From the NCBI RefSeq assembly GCF_009914755.1, contig NC_060930.1: a stretch of 64,000 bases of DNA; one strand, given 5' to 3'. This stretch comes from the human T2T-CHM13v2.0 reference genome, Homo sapiens. A program made the translations under genes and the position numbers. Below, piece by piece: positions 26,498-41,701 of this stretch (positions are counted from its first letter, which is position 1; each line of letters begins with the position of its first letter). Below the pieces are notes generated by a model. It was not told the origin of the DNA and ran no database searches. It saw nothing but the letters and a program-made list of their open reading frames with translations.

Positions 26498-28000
26498 GTA
26501 AGTATGCTGGCGAAATCAGATTACGTATGTAACCATTTGCCTGACTTTGATTTTCCTATTTGATTTTGATTTAATATTTTGGTCATTTCGGGCTTTCTCT
26601 TTCCCTTTCTTTCTCCCTTTCCCCTCCTCACTTCCAGCCTGCCTCGCTTTTGTTTCTCACCCTCCTCCATCCCTCCTCCGTCCCCTGTCATCCCCCACTC
26701 CCCACCCCATCTTTCACAGCACTTTCCAGGGGTCGCACCTAGGCCAGGCTGCGCTTTCACCAAACAATACCTCCTCCTTGATACGCACATCCCTATTCCA
26801 ACCTCAGTGACCTCACTTTTTCTCCTGCTAAGGGGTCCCCTGGAAGACTCATCCCCACATTTTGCACAAAGGACAATGTGCTGCAGTGATGACCATTGAA
26901 GAGCAGAGTTTTCTTCCTTAATGTGATAATCTCCTTATGTAAGAACAGTCACCAGTCACCCTCCCTAGAAAAGATGTCTGGTGAGAAAGACTAGGTTTTC
27001 TTGCACACAAATCTATATAGGTTAAAAACATACATTTGACAAGATGTTTACGTATCTGCTAGAACATGAGCTAACTACCCCTGGCATATATATAAAGGAA
27101 GCAACTTTGATTAAAAATTAGATTTGGAAATCAATTATTTTAATATCTATTTGCCTAAGCAAATGGCATTTTTTCATTTTCCATTCTGAGGGTTATAACT
27201 TTGAATTGCTTTTGTCTCTTGGTCATTCACTTTTCTACAATAGAAAGTGATGAGAAGGAAGTGAATTTGCCTTGAGTTATAAATTTAGGCCTTTGAACTT
27301 CCATTACAGTACCAACAGCAACACTAAGCACTAGCCTTGCCTCTTGTCCGCATTCCTGAAGCATAACCCTTCATTAGCAAGTCCGTAGCTTCTTTCTGGA
27401 ATGTTTCCGTAAGTATCTGCACAACGGCTTCACTTCCTTCCCAGGCCGCGGTGCTCAAACCACAAATGGCGTGGGCTGGGCTCAGGCTCACGTTAGGAGT
27501 ACATCTTCCTCCCTTTCTCTTCTGGTGGGTTCGTATGGGGGTGGGGAAGTGGGTGGGAGAGAATGTTTTGCATTCATTCTTTTTGAATATTAGTCAAATT
27601 GGGCCGTTAAATGGAACATCCCAAATTTTCATAGGTACTTTCAATCCTAGTTGCCATTCTTTCTGACTATAATCTTTCATCCAAACGTGACACAAATGTG
27701 TAATATGTGCTTGAGAGCCATGACTTGGTGGGCTTGCAAGAGGACAATGGACACCCGCCTTTTCCACATCAGCTGGGCAGGATGCAGACAGGGGCACCCT
27801 CTCCCTCTATTTTCAAAGTCCTCAAAATGGCAAAAATGTGGCTAGGGTCCTATCTGTGCATTAATAGACAAAAGAAGCAGAGAGAATGACTAGGGCATTA
27901 TATGTTATTTTCAAAGAAGCAGTTGTTGACACAACTAGGGAAGAAATACGAACCGATCCTCCAGCACACACGTAACACTGAAAAGCAGTGTTTAGACATT

Positions 28001-29205
<1,205 letters not shown>

Positions 29206-30844
29206 TGAAATCTGTGCCTGCCACCACACTCAGGTTGCGATGTGTGTTTCACTTTTAGCTCCTCTAAGGTTTTACTCACCTGGCTCCACCAAACTGGATT
29301 TTACCATAGTCTATACTTAAATACTGTTCATCTCTTCTTCTACACAAAAGTATTAAGAATTTACCTGCCTGCAAGTTATTGGAATATCCTGGGCAAAAGC
29401 AAATAAAACTTTCCCTTTTCCCTTGTTTGACACCCCCTCATCAGTGACCCCCACGACACGACCCCACCACCCTATCTGGCTTGGCATGTGATGCTTCAGG
29501 AAGGGCACAGGGTTTCCACGGCTCCTGTTACCCTCTTAAGCCTCAGAAAACATTGGCACAGGCAGAGAGGAGAGCTGTCATCTGAGTCTCTCTGTGGGAT
29601 CCTGGGCTCTTAGGGAAAGGCCAGACAGGGAGGGGCGGGAGAGATTTCTGTGGCCTCCAAGATTCCTGGGAAGGCGAAGTCTGGATTTCCTTGGAGAGGA
29701 AGGAGGGCTTAGGCCAGCCACATAATTAGGGTGCAGTAGACAAACAGAAATCATTTCTTTTGGTCCCTCATCTGCCTCAAGGCTGTGTTTGCTCCACATG
29801 GCCGCACAGGCACTTGCGTCTGTGCCCTTTGGGGCTGGCAGAGATGGAGGAGAAAGCCTTAAGCACCATCTCTCCTGATTAGCGCTCCACGCAGCTTCTC
29901 TTCACAGCCCCTCCCACACACTGTGTCCCACTACTCAGACACATGGGCCGTGGGCACAGAGGGAAAGGGACCTTGGGAAGAATAGGGAGCCAAGCCACTC
30001 TTCACCCTCCCAGGTGTCGCCCATAGTGGGGCACATGGGGACACGGTGGCCACTCACCCCCTGCCACTGAGTCCCACAGTGCAGCTGGGCCTGTGGTCAG
30101 ATGCCACAGGGACACCATAGCACCCGTAGAGTGTGTCATTTCCTTGGTGCACGAGGGCCGGATGATGTCCCCAGAGGCTCACTGGCTTCCCACAGCACAG
30201 AGGGACCTGGCACCGCTACCCTAAGATGGAATTGTTAAAACTACCTCCATTTTTATTTTTAAAAGTATGATGTCAATGCATAAAATAAAAATTGCTTTCT
30301 GTCAGATGCTTCTTTATTCAAGCCCCTAAAGAAATGTTTTCTTGCCTAAGACAGCTCATATTAAAATGTCTAAAGCCCAAGAGAAGTCTAATAAATTTCA
30401 GCTTTATGACTTTGTTTACTCTGGGTGTAGAAAAAGAATTCTTTTATACGTAGCCTAGTTTCCAGAACTTCCAGGGTCAAAAGTTAACAAATTTGGGGAA
30501 AACAGAAGAGAAAAGATAGCATACAGTATTCTGTTTTCCTATTAAAATGAGGAAAACAAAGGAGTCATCAGAACTATAATTTACGGGAAAGTGTGCAGAC
30601 ATCCATCTGCTTTTATTGAAAAAATACCCTGCAGATGTTGGGCCTAATTATGAATCCTCCATTTTCTTGATGAAAAACTTTAGTGGCATCTCAATCTCTG
30701 ATCGGTAAACTGGGTGTCGTAGCACTTACAAAATAGAATTATTTCATTGATCTTTAGCCATCTATTATTTTTTTGTAGATGAGAGAGCATTCAGCATGAA
30801 GGCTGTTTCTATCTGAATACTAAATGTTGGTTTCATTCCCACAG

Positions 30845-30893
30845 GTTCACAGCAAACAGGATTCCTAAATGCCCTTAAGGACAGTCCTGCAAG
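30845..30893 (+). CDS. ZDHHC14: ZDHHC14 49-nt coding exon (likely exon 5): (R)SQQTGFLNALKDSPA(S)
   Basis: tttcattcccacag acceptor; continues the frame of the previous exon (C+GT=Arg); ends AAG|ATATCCTTT, a U12 5' splice site; too short for the ORF track. Confidence 0.93.
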
Positions 30894-31686
30894 ATATCCT
30901 TTGTGATGATTCTGTTTTCACGATGCTAATGTGTTGAGTATCTGGCTGACCTTCTGTGCGCACACCTCCTCATCTTCTGCCCCGGCCTTGCTTCTCATGT
31001 ATCTTATTCCAAAGAACTCCCTCAGATTCACTGGCACGAGTAGTAGCTTCTGACTACTTCCATCCCTGAGTGACTCAGCCTGTTTAAATCGAGGGCTAGG
31101 AAGCCAAGTATGAATTCTTATCCACCCCCAGAAATCAGCATGGATTTGTGTTCAGTCAGGTTGGTTTGGGGAGAAGTAGGGCTGTGAGCTGCAACTGATC
31201 TCATTTTGATTGGCAGGTGGTCCACACAGAACATGTAGGGATGCCCACGTGTGGGTTGCATCCTGGCATGCAGTCACCAGGTGAGAGTCCTCAGACCCCT
31301 CTGTTCCGATTCTGTTGGGGGTTACAGTTTGCCATTCGGATTACTGTATTATTTCCAGGAACAGAACACCCTTTTAAACCCTGAATAGATTAAAAATGGT
31401 CAGTCTCAAGTCATTTGGATTAATGAGGAGGATTCCCATCCTCCCAAGCATAAATATGGGGATGGACCATAGTATTTTGAATCTTGAAAGAAAAGCGTGT
31501 GCCCATTAAGTGCTTGAATGAGGTCCTATCCCTCCCAGGGGCCCCAGGCTTTAATACAGATGGGACCCCCTGATCTGGCTCGTCAGTGACCCAGTTCTCT
31601 TTCTTCCTCATATAATCAGGTAGACTGGACTTGAACTTCTCATTACTCTTCAGAGTAATTTCCGTCTTGAGGAAGGGAATTATTCG

Positions 31687-31962
31687 TTTTTGTTTGTTTT
31701 GTTTTGTTTGAGACCAAGTCTTACCCCATCACCCACCCAGGCTGGAGTGCAGTGGCACGATCTTGGCTCACTACAACCTCGGCCTCCCAAGTAGCTGGGA
31801 TTACAGGTATGTGCCACCATGCCCGGCTAATTTTTGTATTTTTAGTAGAGACGGGGTTTCACCATGTTGGCCAGGCTGGTCTCAAACTGCTGACCTCAGG
31901 TGATCTGCCCACCTGGCCCTCCCCAAGTGTTGGGATTACAGGCATCAGCCACCACACCCAGC
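31687..31962 (-). mobile_element. AluS (antisense) with a ~32-bp internal deletion
   Basis: Reverse Alu; acctcggcctcccaagtagc joins two gcctccc copies. Confidence 0.93.
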
Positions 31963-32980
31963 AAGGTAGGGATTTCTTAAGAATGAAGAACTTTAATATG
32001 ACTTATGTATGTATCATGTTCTTAAAGTCAACCTGCCATGTCCCTGAGAACTGGTATGTGTGTTTGAGCAGGGGAGGGATTTCGATACATCTAAAAACAA
32101 ATGTGATCCTATAAATATAAATATATATATATGTTTCCATAATAGATGGTATCTCTTTTTCCAGTACCTCTGTGTTTGTGGGCAGCATAGGATGTTGGTT
32201 ACAGGTCCAGATTCTATCGTCAACTAATACTTTTTAAACTCAGATCTGTACTGTGGATGGGGCCTGGGACATAAGGAAGATGTACAAAGGGGACTTGGAG
32301 GATAAATTCAACAAATAGGTCATGTCTTCTATTAATGATTTGGGAAGAAGTTGACTGGAAGGAAAGGTGGCCCAGGGAATGAATGAAATCTTCAATACCT
32401 GTGCTATTAGGATCAGGTCCAGCGAGAAATGTCCTCCTCCGTTCCTCTCCCCAACTCTACCAGGGGCGACATCCCCCCACTATCACCTCTCTGTGCCCTT
32501 CTGTTTTCAGAGAACATTGCTTCCTCAAAGCTCATAGCCAAGTCGCCTCTCCCTTCCTAAAGAAAAGGCTTGCCTAAGTCTTACAAGGAACCGTTTGTGT
32601 CATGAAAGCATGCTGGTCACATTAAGTTTTAAAAATGTGCCTCAGAACTGGCACTGGGGCCCGGGCTGCCAGCTGGAAGATTTTCTGAAGCCTCACATAT
32701 GTGGCAGCTTCAGCCAACTCCCCCCAATTCTGTCCTGGCACCTGTGCCTCCCTGAAACCCTGTGCGTGTGCAGGAGGCCTGGTGCATGTTTCAGACACAA
32801 ATATCCAACACAGGAGTGCCTCTCGGCTGGGAGGGGGAAGCACTTCCTCGCTGCTGAGAAAGGCCACCCTCAAAGCCTGGTCATTCCAGCTGCCTTGTGT
32901 CTGGCCTGCTGGCGGCTTCTGCTCCGTACGTGTCCCCTGGGAGCCACCCTTCAGGTGGAGCATAGAGGGGCTGTGTGTAG

Positions 32981-33303
<323 letters not shown>

Positions 33304-34210
33304 ACTGCCTGGTCTTTATCAGAGCTCCTGACAGACCTCCCAAGTCATGCATCTTATCCTATCAAGATCCCAGAAGGGCTGTTATTAGAGACCAAGTAGG
33401 CAGTCCTGGACTGGGGTCAAATCTTTTAATACCTGCTCCATGGCAATTAATTATGAGGTCCGGAGTCATTTCTTAACCCTTTTGTGTCTCAATTTTTTGA
33501 CCTGCAATAGTCAACCACTATGTACTTGACAATGATATGCTGACAAAGTCAGTTATTCAGGAAATACAGGAAAGACTCAGCTCCAAAGCACGGCTTCCAG
33601 GTGTGGCCAGAGGGATTTCAAAGAGACTCTGCCAGAACCTTCTTTGAGAGCACACGTCTGCACGCTGCATGGTGTGGCTGGGCTGACAGTCTGCAGAACC
33701 AGGAACACGGCATCCCCCTTAGGGGCACAGACCGGTGCTGCTGTTAGGAAGCAAGCGTGGCAGTAGCGTGCTGGCCGTGCCCGGAGCCTGCAGCGGGAAG
33801 GAGTGCGGGAAGGGAAGGGAGGAAAAGAGATGCTCTTACTTATTCAGGCCAGAGCAAATTTTATTTTCCCCTAAAAATCATTCTCAGATGGAGGTAAAGA
33901 GTTTTCCCTACTGGCCCAGTTTTTGAAAACGCATAGAAGTCTCAGCCGCTGCCTTTCCAAATAGTGTTTCCTCATCTGGGTGCTGACTCTTTCCTCCCAC
34001 AGCCAGGCGCTCCCCCTTGCAGGAGTTCCCGGCACCTCCTCCACACTCAGGGGCAGGGCAGCCACAGCCTGCTGACCGCATGCAGGTCCTGAAAACCCAG
34101 ACGCAGGCCACACCCGCACCTCCAGCCAAGGCCTTCCAAAATGTCAGCCAGGGCGTAGAGCCTGAAAGAAACACACATCCCTCATCGCACAGGTCACTTG
34201 ATGGATTTAA

Positions 34211-34353
34211 ACACACACACACACACACACACACACAGCGCTGTCTATCCTTAGATGTGTGTGTATGTATGTATTTTTAAGCCCTCATATATACATGTGT
34301 ATATAGCTATAGACGCACACACACACATATATAAGGACTATATAAGGATATAT

Positions 34354-34384
<31 letters not shown>

Positions 34385-34430
34385 CATGCATCTATATCTG
34401 TATGTCTATCAGTAAGTACAGATGTAGACA
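34211..34430. repeat. (AC)13 and (GT)14 microsatellites with a TA/CA-rich spacer
   Basis: AC run 34211-34237; GT run 34356-34384. Confidence 0.92.
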
Positions 34431-37277
34431 GACATGTCCTCCCCAGAGTTCAGGTTGGAAATGCTCGCGGGATACCCCGAAGGCCCTTGCTGGCCCACGC
34501 TGCTCACAGGGAGGCTGCCCATCCTCACTTCCCTCCTGCTGATTCGCTCCCTGCTTGGTCTTGTGGCACCTACATTATGGACCCGAGGTCCTGCTGGGCT
34601 CCTGCCTGGGAAAAGGAGACTTAACTTTAAACCCAGAATATCCCAGGGCAGCCAAGAAAAAGACCCTAACAAAACCCCATTCCCCCTGGAGAAAAGTGGG
34701 GTCTAAAAGCAAGGTCTGGGAAGAGCCAGCAAAGCTGTTCCTAGCGCAGGAGAAGTGAGCAGTGTGGGCAGCACCCTAGCCTGGGTCTCCTTAATCCTTT
34801 CTGGAAGCAGGAGTGAATTTCAAGAACATCAGACACACACCCACTCTGCGAAGCAAGGTGCTGGGTGCTTTAACGTGCAAAGTACAGAGACATTTCTTCG
34901 GTGTGCCACTGACGCCCCTCCCCTCATCGATGCTGTGGTTGCCTAAAGGTTCTGTGTTCCGACAGGGTGCTTTCTGTTTGAAATATGTGCCTTGGAGAAG
35001 AGTTCCTCCTCCAGTGAGTCTATTAAGAAGTATTGCACAGATTATTTATCCTAAGTTTGTGTTCCGGAAGAGTAAGCATGCGTTGGGTGCTACTGGATTG
35101 CTGTGTGTTTTTGAAAAAACATTAGTTCTGGTTATTAGAGAACCATGTGCTGAGTAGGGCTGGATCCCATCAGCACATCTGTTGGTATTTTTGGTGCCTG
35201 TCTTTCCTCTGGACACCTGTGGCTTTGGAGGTGGCATGGGAATGCCAGCGGGAGCTTATGTGGTGAAGCCCTGTAGCTCCTGAGGAAGAGTGTGCCAAAG
35301 TCAAGGGCCACTCAGGGGTCTGGCCCGCAGAAGCCCTGGATCACAGTGACTGGGAGTGCTAGAAAGGAAGATGGGTCCTGCTTGTCAGTGTGGTGGGGGA
35401 TTCTAGCATTAGAGAAATGCTAAACTCAAGACCTCCCAGCCCCTTCCGCTGCTGAGATCCTGAGAGCTTGAGAGTGTCTGTTGGGGTGGCTGGTTTATGA
35501 TGGATGAGTTTGATCTGGGGCACACTCATAAAAGCTGTCCTTTGATTGATGGCAGAGCTGCCCACGCTTTGTCCTCTCCAAATCTGTACTCCATCCAGAG
35601 CAAGAATCTGTAAAGTCCCAAGTTTTTAAAACTGAAGGAAGTTTCCCAGCTGACTTGCCTGAGCACAGGACTGGAGTCTAGAGGAACCTCTGCAAGTGAC
35701 CTCTGCAGCGTTTTCTCGGGCAAGACAATAACTTATATTTTCACATTTTCAGTGACCTCATATCTAATTTCCTGACCATGCAATAAAAATATTTTGACGA
35801 GAAATAAGGGCACAGGCAAAGCTTTCTCACAGCAGATTTACTCTGCAAAATATCCAACTAAAAACAATGTCATTGAGGAAGCGAGAGAGATTAGAAACAA
35901 AAATGGCTAATAGACAACCATCTAAGACACCTTGGCAGAAATATCAGTGTCAATGATGGAAACATTGATACACTGAAAGCTCTTCATCAGGCCCACATAA
36001 AACCCAGCAGAACTTTAGGAGAAAGGAACCGAGTAGCTTCTACTGTAAGTAAGCCCGGACTGGGTGGTATCTAGTGCCAGAGTGTGGCCAGCCCAGGGGG
36101 AGAGGGAGGGAGGAGAGGGAGGTGGAGGCAGGGGAGTAGAGGAGGCCCTAGATGACTGTGACAGAATGCCTGACTCATTTTCAGGTGCTCAGCAGGCCCC
36201 TTCCCAGTCTGCACCATCAGCCCTCCCAGGGGTGAGGGATAGGGCAGGGTGCCCACTGCTGGGATGCAGCCTTGGAGGGTGCACTTCTGGCTCAGAGTCC
36301 ATAGTCGGTTCTCCCTCCCTCCGTCCTCCTCCTACTCCTTCCTTCCCACCTCCCATTGCCTGCACCAAACTCCATTTCCTCCCCTTTTCTTTGTATCAGA
36401 GAAGCAGAGGCAGTGGGGAGGGGCCTCTCAGGGCCTGTGGCCATGGAGCGGCTGCCCCGTACCATGGACAAGAGCCCCCTGGCCTTCTCCATGGACACAG
36501 ACAAATGGAGAGACTTCTCAAAAAAAAAAAAGGGACTGGGCCCTCTGTCCACACAGCCAGGCATGTTCAAACAAAGGAGATCCACTCAGCAACTATTTCC
36601 TGTAAAACCATTCTACTCAACAGCCACCATGGGCAAAACCTGACAGGTCACAAGGTCGAGAACCATCCGCCTGGGCCCTGGAAGGATGACAGCGGGGAGA
36701 CACACAAATGCACCGTCTCGCCCTCTTCTGCCAGCATCTGCTGCTGCCCAGATCTGGGTTCTCACTAGGACTCCTTATGCAGAATAAGGGTTGGGTGCCA
36801 TGAAAAAGACACAGCCTGTGCTTGGGGTGGGGTGTCCTGCAGGGACATCAGGAGAGGCAGTGGCAGGGACCTCCGTGCAGGGCTGTGGGAGATGGGTGGG
36901 TTCTAGTGGGGGACATGGAGGGAGAGGTCCCAGGCAGCGCCCACAGCCTGAGCAAGGCCCAGAGGATGGTGCCAGGGGCTATCAGGAAGGGGCAGCCCAT
37001 CTGCAGGGCCATGCCTGGCATCCTGGTGTTGTGCCCACGCACTCCACATTGGGCAGGGTGCCCGCTTTGGCTGAGCATCAAAAGGAGGCAGGGCTCCCCA
37101 TCAACATGTGGTCTGCCCTGCATCGTGTGAGCACACAGGTGCACTTACACACCCAAGTGTGCGACAGAAAACTGGGAGGGGCTGTGATAGCTAAACCCCG
37201 ATGGGGTGGGGGCAGGCTTGACAATGTTGAAGACTAAGGGGGTGAGGTCCCTTCATCCCCTGCATGCTGGCAGGTAA

Positions 37278-37623
<346 letters not shown>

Positions 37624-38849
37624 AAGAACATTTATCTTGCATCAGGGGACACAACAGAGTGGAACAGATGTTTGCAGAGGAAAGGCCCCCACGGGGGAAA
37701 TCGGTGGCAGAGGGACAGCTCAGTAGGGAGAAGCAGGGCAGTGGGATCCGTGCCTGGGGAGGGGTGAGGGCGGAGGAGTAGGAGCGTTCTGCCAAGAGTG
37801 CCTGGGGGAAAGGGTTGCGCTGGAAGGGGGATACAGCTAGTGCCAATTTGGGGAGCCGTGGTGAGTTCTGTCTAAGATATGTTTACAAAAAGAATCTAAA
37901 AGATAACACACATGAGTCTCCCCATTGGCCTAGAGTGACCTGAAGGTCCTTTCTTTAGTTGCCTGCATGTAATGTGGAAGGAGGGAAAAATCAGCTGCTT
38001 ATCAATGAGAATGTCGCAGCCTCATAGGAAATGTTACCTGTCAGGTGCCTGTCCGGGAAGCCATGTGGTGATGCCGCCTTGGCTTCTCCGATTCGCGGAG
38101 GCCAAAACCCTCAGAAACACCTGCTGGGGAGCCACAGGGGCCCTGGGCCTCCCTGAGGAAGACCCCAAAAGGGGAAGCCCTGCCTATCAACACTCATTTC
38201 AATGTAATGTAGCATTAACATCCAATTAAAGGGATTACAGCCATTTTTAATCATGACTTATTGTTCAGCTCTCTTAAAATGTGGAGAGTTTTTTGTGGTT
38301 GGTAAATCAAATGTTGATTGATTCTCCATTTGCAGAGGCTGTGACAGAAAGCATTTTCATCCCCAAGTTGCATTCACTGGACACTGACCCATCTGAAAGG
38401 CACAGTGGCCTAATACACATGGTCTGTTTTAATGGAATTTTCTAGGAGGCTCCAGGTTGGCCCACAGAAAGGACACCACAACGGGAAAATCACGAAGGCA
38501 GCACAGGTCTTTTCCAACTTGTCCATCCTGATACCTGCTGATCCTGAGAGGGACCCCAGAAAGTAGGTAGGACAGGTGTCCTTAGGCTGCTTCCAGCTGC
38601 AGCTGTGCTGAGAAGTGAATGACTTACTCAGGGGTGTCCAGAGCTGGAGCCCAGTTCTCCCAACTACCACCCTCCCTCCCACCAGGGGACTGAGATACTT
38701 CCTGCTACCCCTAACCAGCCCCACTGAGGGAGGGTCAGGAAGAAAAAGCATCAGATTGTGTCTCATAAGACCACAAGGTGGGAAGGAGGTTGTTTGCTTT
38801 TTCAAAGCACCCAAGTCCTACGAGAATATGTTCTCGTTGTAAAAAATCC

Positions 38850-39950
38850 CCAATGGTCCAGAAATACAAGAGCAAAAAGAAAGTGTTTCTCTTGACCCTT
38901 CCTCCGTTCTGCTGTAGGAACCCTTGCCAGCTTTGGTGTGTCCTTCCAGATGGTCTTAGAGTTTGAATACATCCGTGTGCATCATACACATATGCTGATA
39001 CGGGGGTGGGAGGACTTTACCTAAAAAGGACTCTTTTTTTTGCATGGTTCCACAATTTGACTTTTTAAAATATTTCCTGGAGATGTTTCCATGATGATAC
39101 ATAGATCTACCTCATTTTTTTAACTATTTCGTAGAATTCCACAGTGTAGATGAACTATAGTTTAGTCTTCTGTTGATGGATATTAGATTTAATTTTTTTT
39201 ACTGTTCAAGAAATGAAGTAGTGAATTTTCTTCTGTGTATCTCTATGTGCACATATTACTGTGTCTCTAGGGTTGACAATGGGTGTGCCATCTCTGAGTT
39301 GAAGGGAAGCACATTTAAATGTCGATAGGGATGCCAAATGCTCCTCTTAAGACACTGGACAAGTCTGTGCTCCTGTGTCCCCACACCTTTATGGCACTGG
39401 CTGTGAACAGTCTTGTCATTTTGGCCAATTCGATGAAAAGAAAAATATTACACTGTTTTAATTTCCATTTTCTGGATAATAGATTGTACCTCTCTTTATG
39501 TTCATGGGCCTTATTTTTTCTTATCACAATGTATGCCAGTACATGTCCATGTATCAGTTGAGTTATTTGTTCTTTTTCTACGAACATGTAGGGGTTCTTT
39601 ATGTTTCTCAAAAATAATAATAATAATAATCTCTTAAGCATCCTTTGCCAATCTCCAAATCCAACATTTACCTTTTAACTTTACTTTTTTACACGGAAGT
39701 GTTTATTAATGAACACAATCTGTCAATCTCATACTACGTGGCTCCTCGGTTTGTGTCTTATATCCTTACCCCAAAGTTACATGAATGTTGCCTTAATCTT
39801 CCTCAAATACCTTTATATTGTGTTTCTTACGTTTGGTGCAGTAATTTATCTATCAGATAATTTTGTGGATGTGGTGCAAGCTGAAGTTCTAGCTTTATTT
39901 TTTTCTAAATGTTTAATGAAGTGTCCCAACTCCACTTACTATTTCATTAT
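38850..39950 (-). mobile_element. Degenerate L1ME-like LINE (approximate bounds)
   Basis: T-rich; gttgatggatatt, ttggccaatt..gaaaa and ttaatttccattt motifs of old L1 3' regions. Confidence 0.65.
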
Positions 39951-39957
39951 TCTGTTC

Positions 39958-40045
39958 CAGCAAGTCTCAAACTTTTTGGTCTCAAGACTCCTTTACACAT
40001 TGAAAAATTATTAAGGACCGCCAAAGAGCTTTTGTGTATATTTTG

Positions 40046-40092
<47 letters not shown>

Positions 40093-40160
40093 TTATCATG
40101 TTGGAAATTAGAACTAAAAAAATTTTAAAACACAAGAATGCACAAGCCCACATTGTATTT
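39958..40160. mobile_element. hAT-Charlie fragment
   Basis: tctcaaactttttggtctcaagactcctttacac...ccaaagagcttttg terminus. Confidence 0.65.
40047..40092. repeat. (AGAT)11 tetranucleotide STR
   Basis: Perfect run. Confidence 0.97.
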
Positions 40161-41401
40161 GAATGAGAGCAAGGACATCATCTCCCTGGCCATTCTGGAA
40201 TCCGGGAATTCTGGACATGTAACATATGTGGTCCCATGATCTCTCACCTTTTGTGATCCTCCAAATACTGACGCATCCTAACCATTCTGCCTCCTGCACA
40301 ACCTTCTTCCCTTACGTACCTTCCTGCTGCAAACAGAGCCCCTATTCCCTTAGGGCAGGAAGCTGGTCCTTCCCTGCCCTGTCCTGTCCCCAGTGCAGGG
40401 CTGGGTGCATAGAAGGACACAGAGCCTGCACTTCTGGGATTAGGCAGGAACTCGAGAGAAGGGTCTCTGCAGAGCAGTGCTTGTCAGAGTTTTTCAATTC
40501 CACAAACGTTTAGTGAGTACCGCAGTGTGCAACCTCTTAGGCTAGGGCTGTGGGGAATGTAAAGCCATCCTTCTGGCCACAACGGGGACAAACTTTCTTA
40601 GCAGGGGTTGTGGGGGAGACAGAGGTGCAGTGGTAGCTGCTATGATTTGAAACCCATCCTCGATGCAGTAAACAAAGTCCCAGCTGCTTATGAAATTGGC
40701 TTCCAGTAGAATTGGGTTGTTTCCTCTCCTTTCTCTTTCTAAAAAAAGACGGTAAATGGGTTTTGATACCTTTAAAAGAAATTTCTGTTTCTTGACCTTA
40801 TTATGGCATAGATATTTTCAGCATATAGCCAGTGGGCCAGTAAGGAATGTGTGTCTGTATATCTGTATCTGAGTCTGAGAGTGGATGTGAAAGGGAACAA
40901 ACCATGTCAGCTGCCACAGGTTCGCGAATCCTGGAGAAGCAGGGGGTTGGGGTAGGTCTAGGGCCACCTGCCCCTTGGCAAGAATTAGGAAGGGGACCAG
41001 CCTAAGACTCTTCTGTCATCCCAGCAGAGCAGACTTCCGGCATTCAAGTCCTAGCTCTGCTATTTCTCAAGCAAATTACTTCATTGCTTTCTGCCTCAGT
41101 TTCCCTGTGTGTTAAGAGGGAGTCATGCTTCTCCCTGGGTCACTCTGAGGTTTAAGCAGAACAGGACCTGACACACCCCAGTGATGCCAGCCATTGTTAT
41201 GAATGATGATGCTGACGGTTCCTTGAGACCTCCTGAGTCAGCTGGGTCCCAGGGTGTGGGTAGTGCCAGCAGGCTGCATCTTGCATCTCGCATCCTACTT
41301 TGGATTCATGTCATTTTGACACAGCTGCAAGCTGACAGTGGAACTGCATTCTGCAATTTACAAAATGTGTCTAAAGCACATGAGATATTAATAGAAAAGC
41401 T

Positions 41402-41701
<300 letters not shown>

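Noticed and set aside
35944-35976. Small bulged hairpin with ATGA..AAA..TGA (SECIS-like or C/D-box-like)
   Set aside because: Far too short for SECIS, snoRNA or pre-miRNA geometry, and intronic
36064-36768. 234-aa ORF inside the minor intron
   Set aside because: Non-ATG start, low complexity, no recognisable domain or exon structure
39760-39768. ATATCCTTA inside the U12 intron (recursive or decoy site?); similar 8-mers at 12006 and 28541
   Set aside because: No correctly spaced branch site plus AC before it, not a tandem USSE-like pair, and it lies in degenerate L1; about one such 8-mer per window is expected by chance
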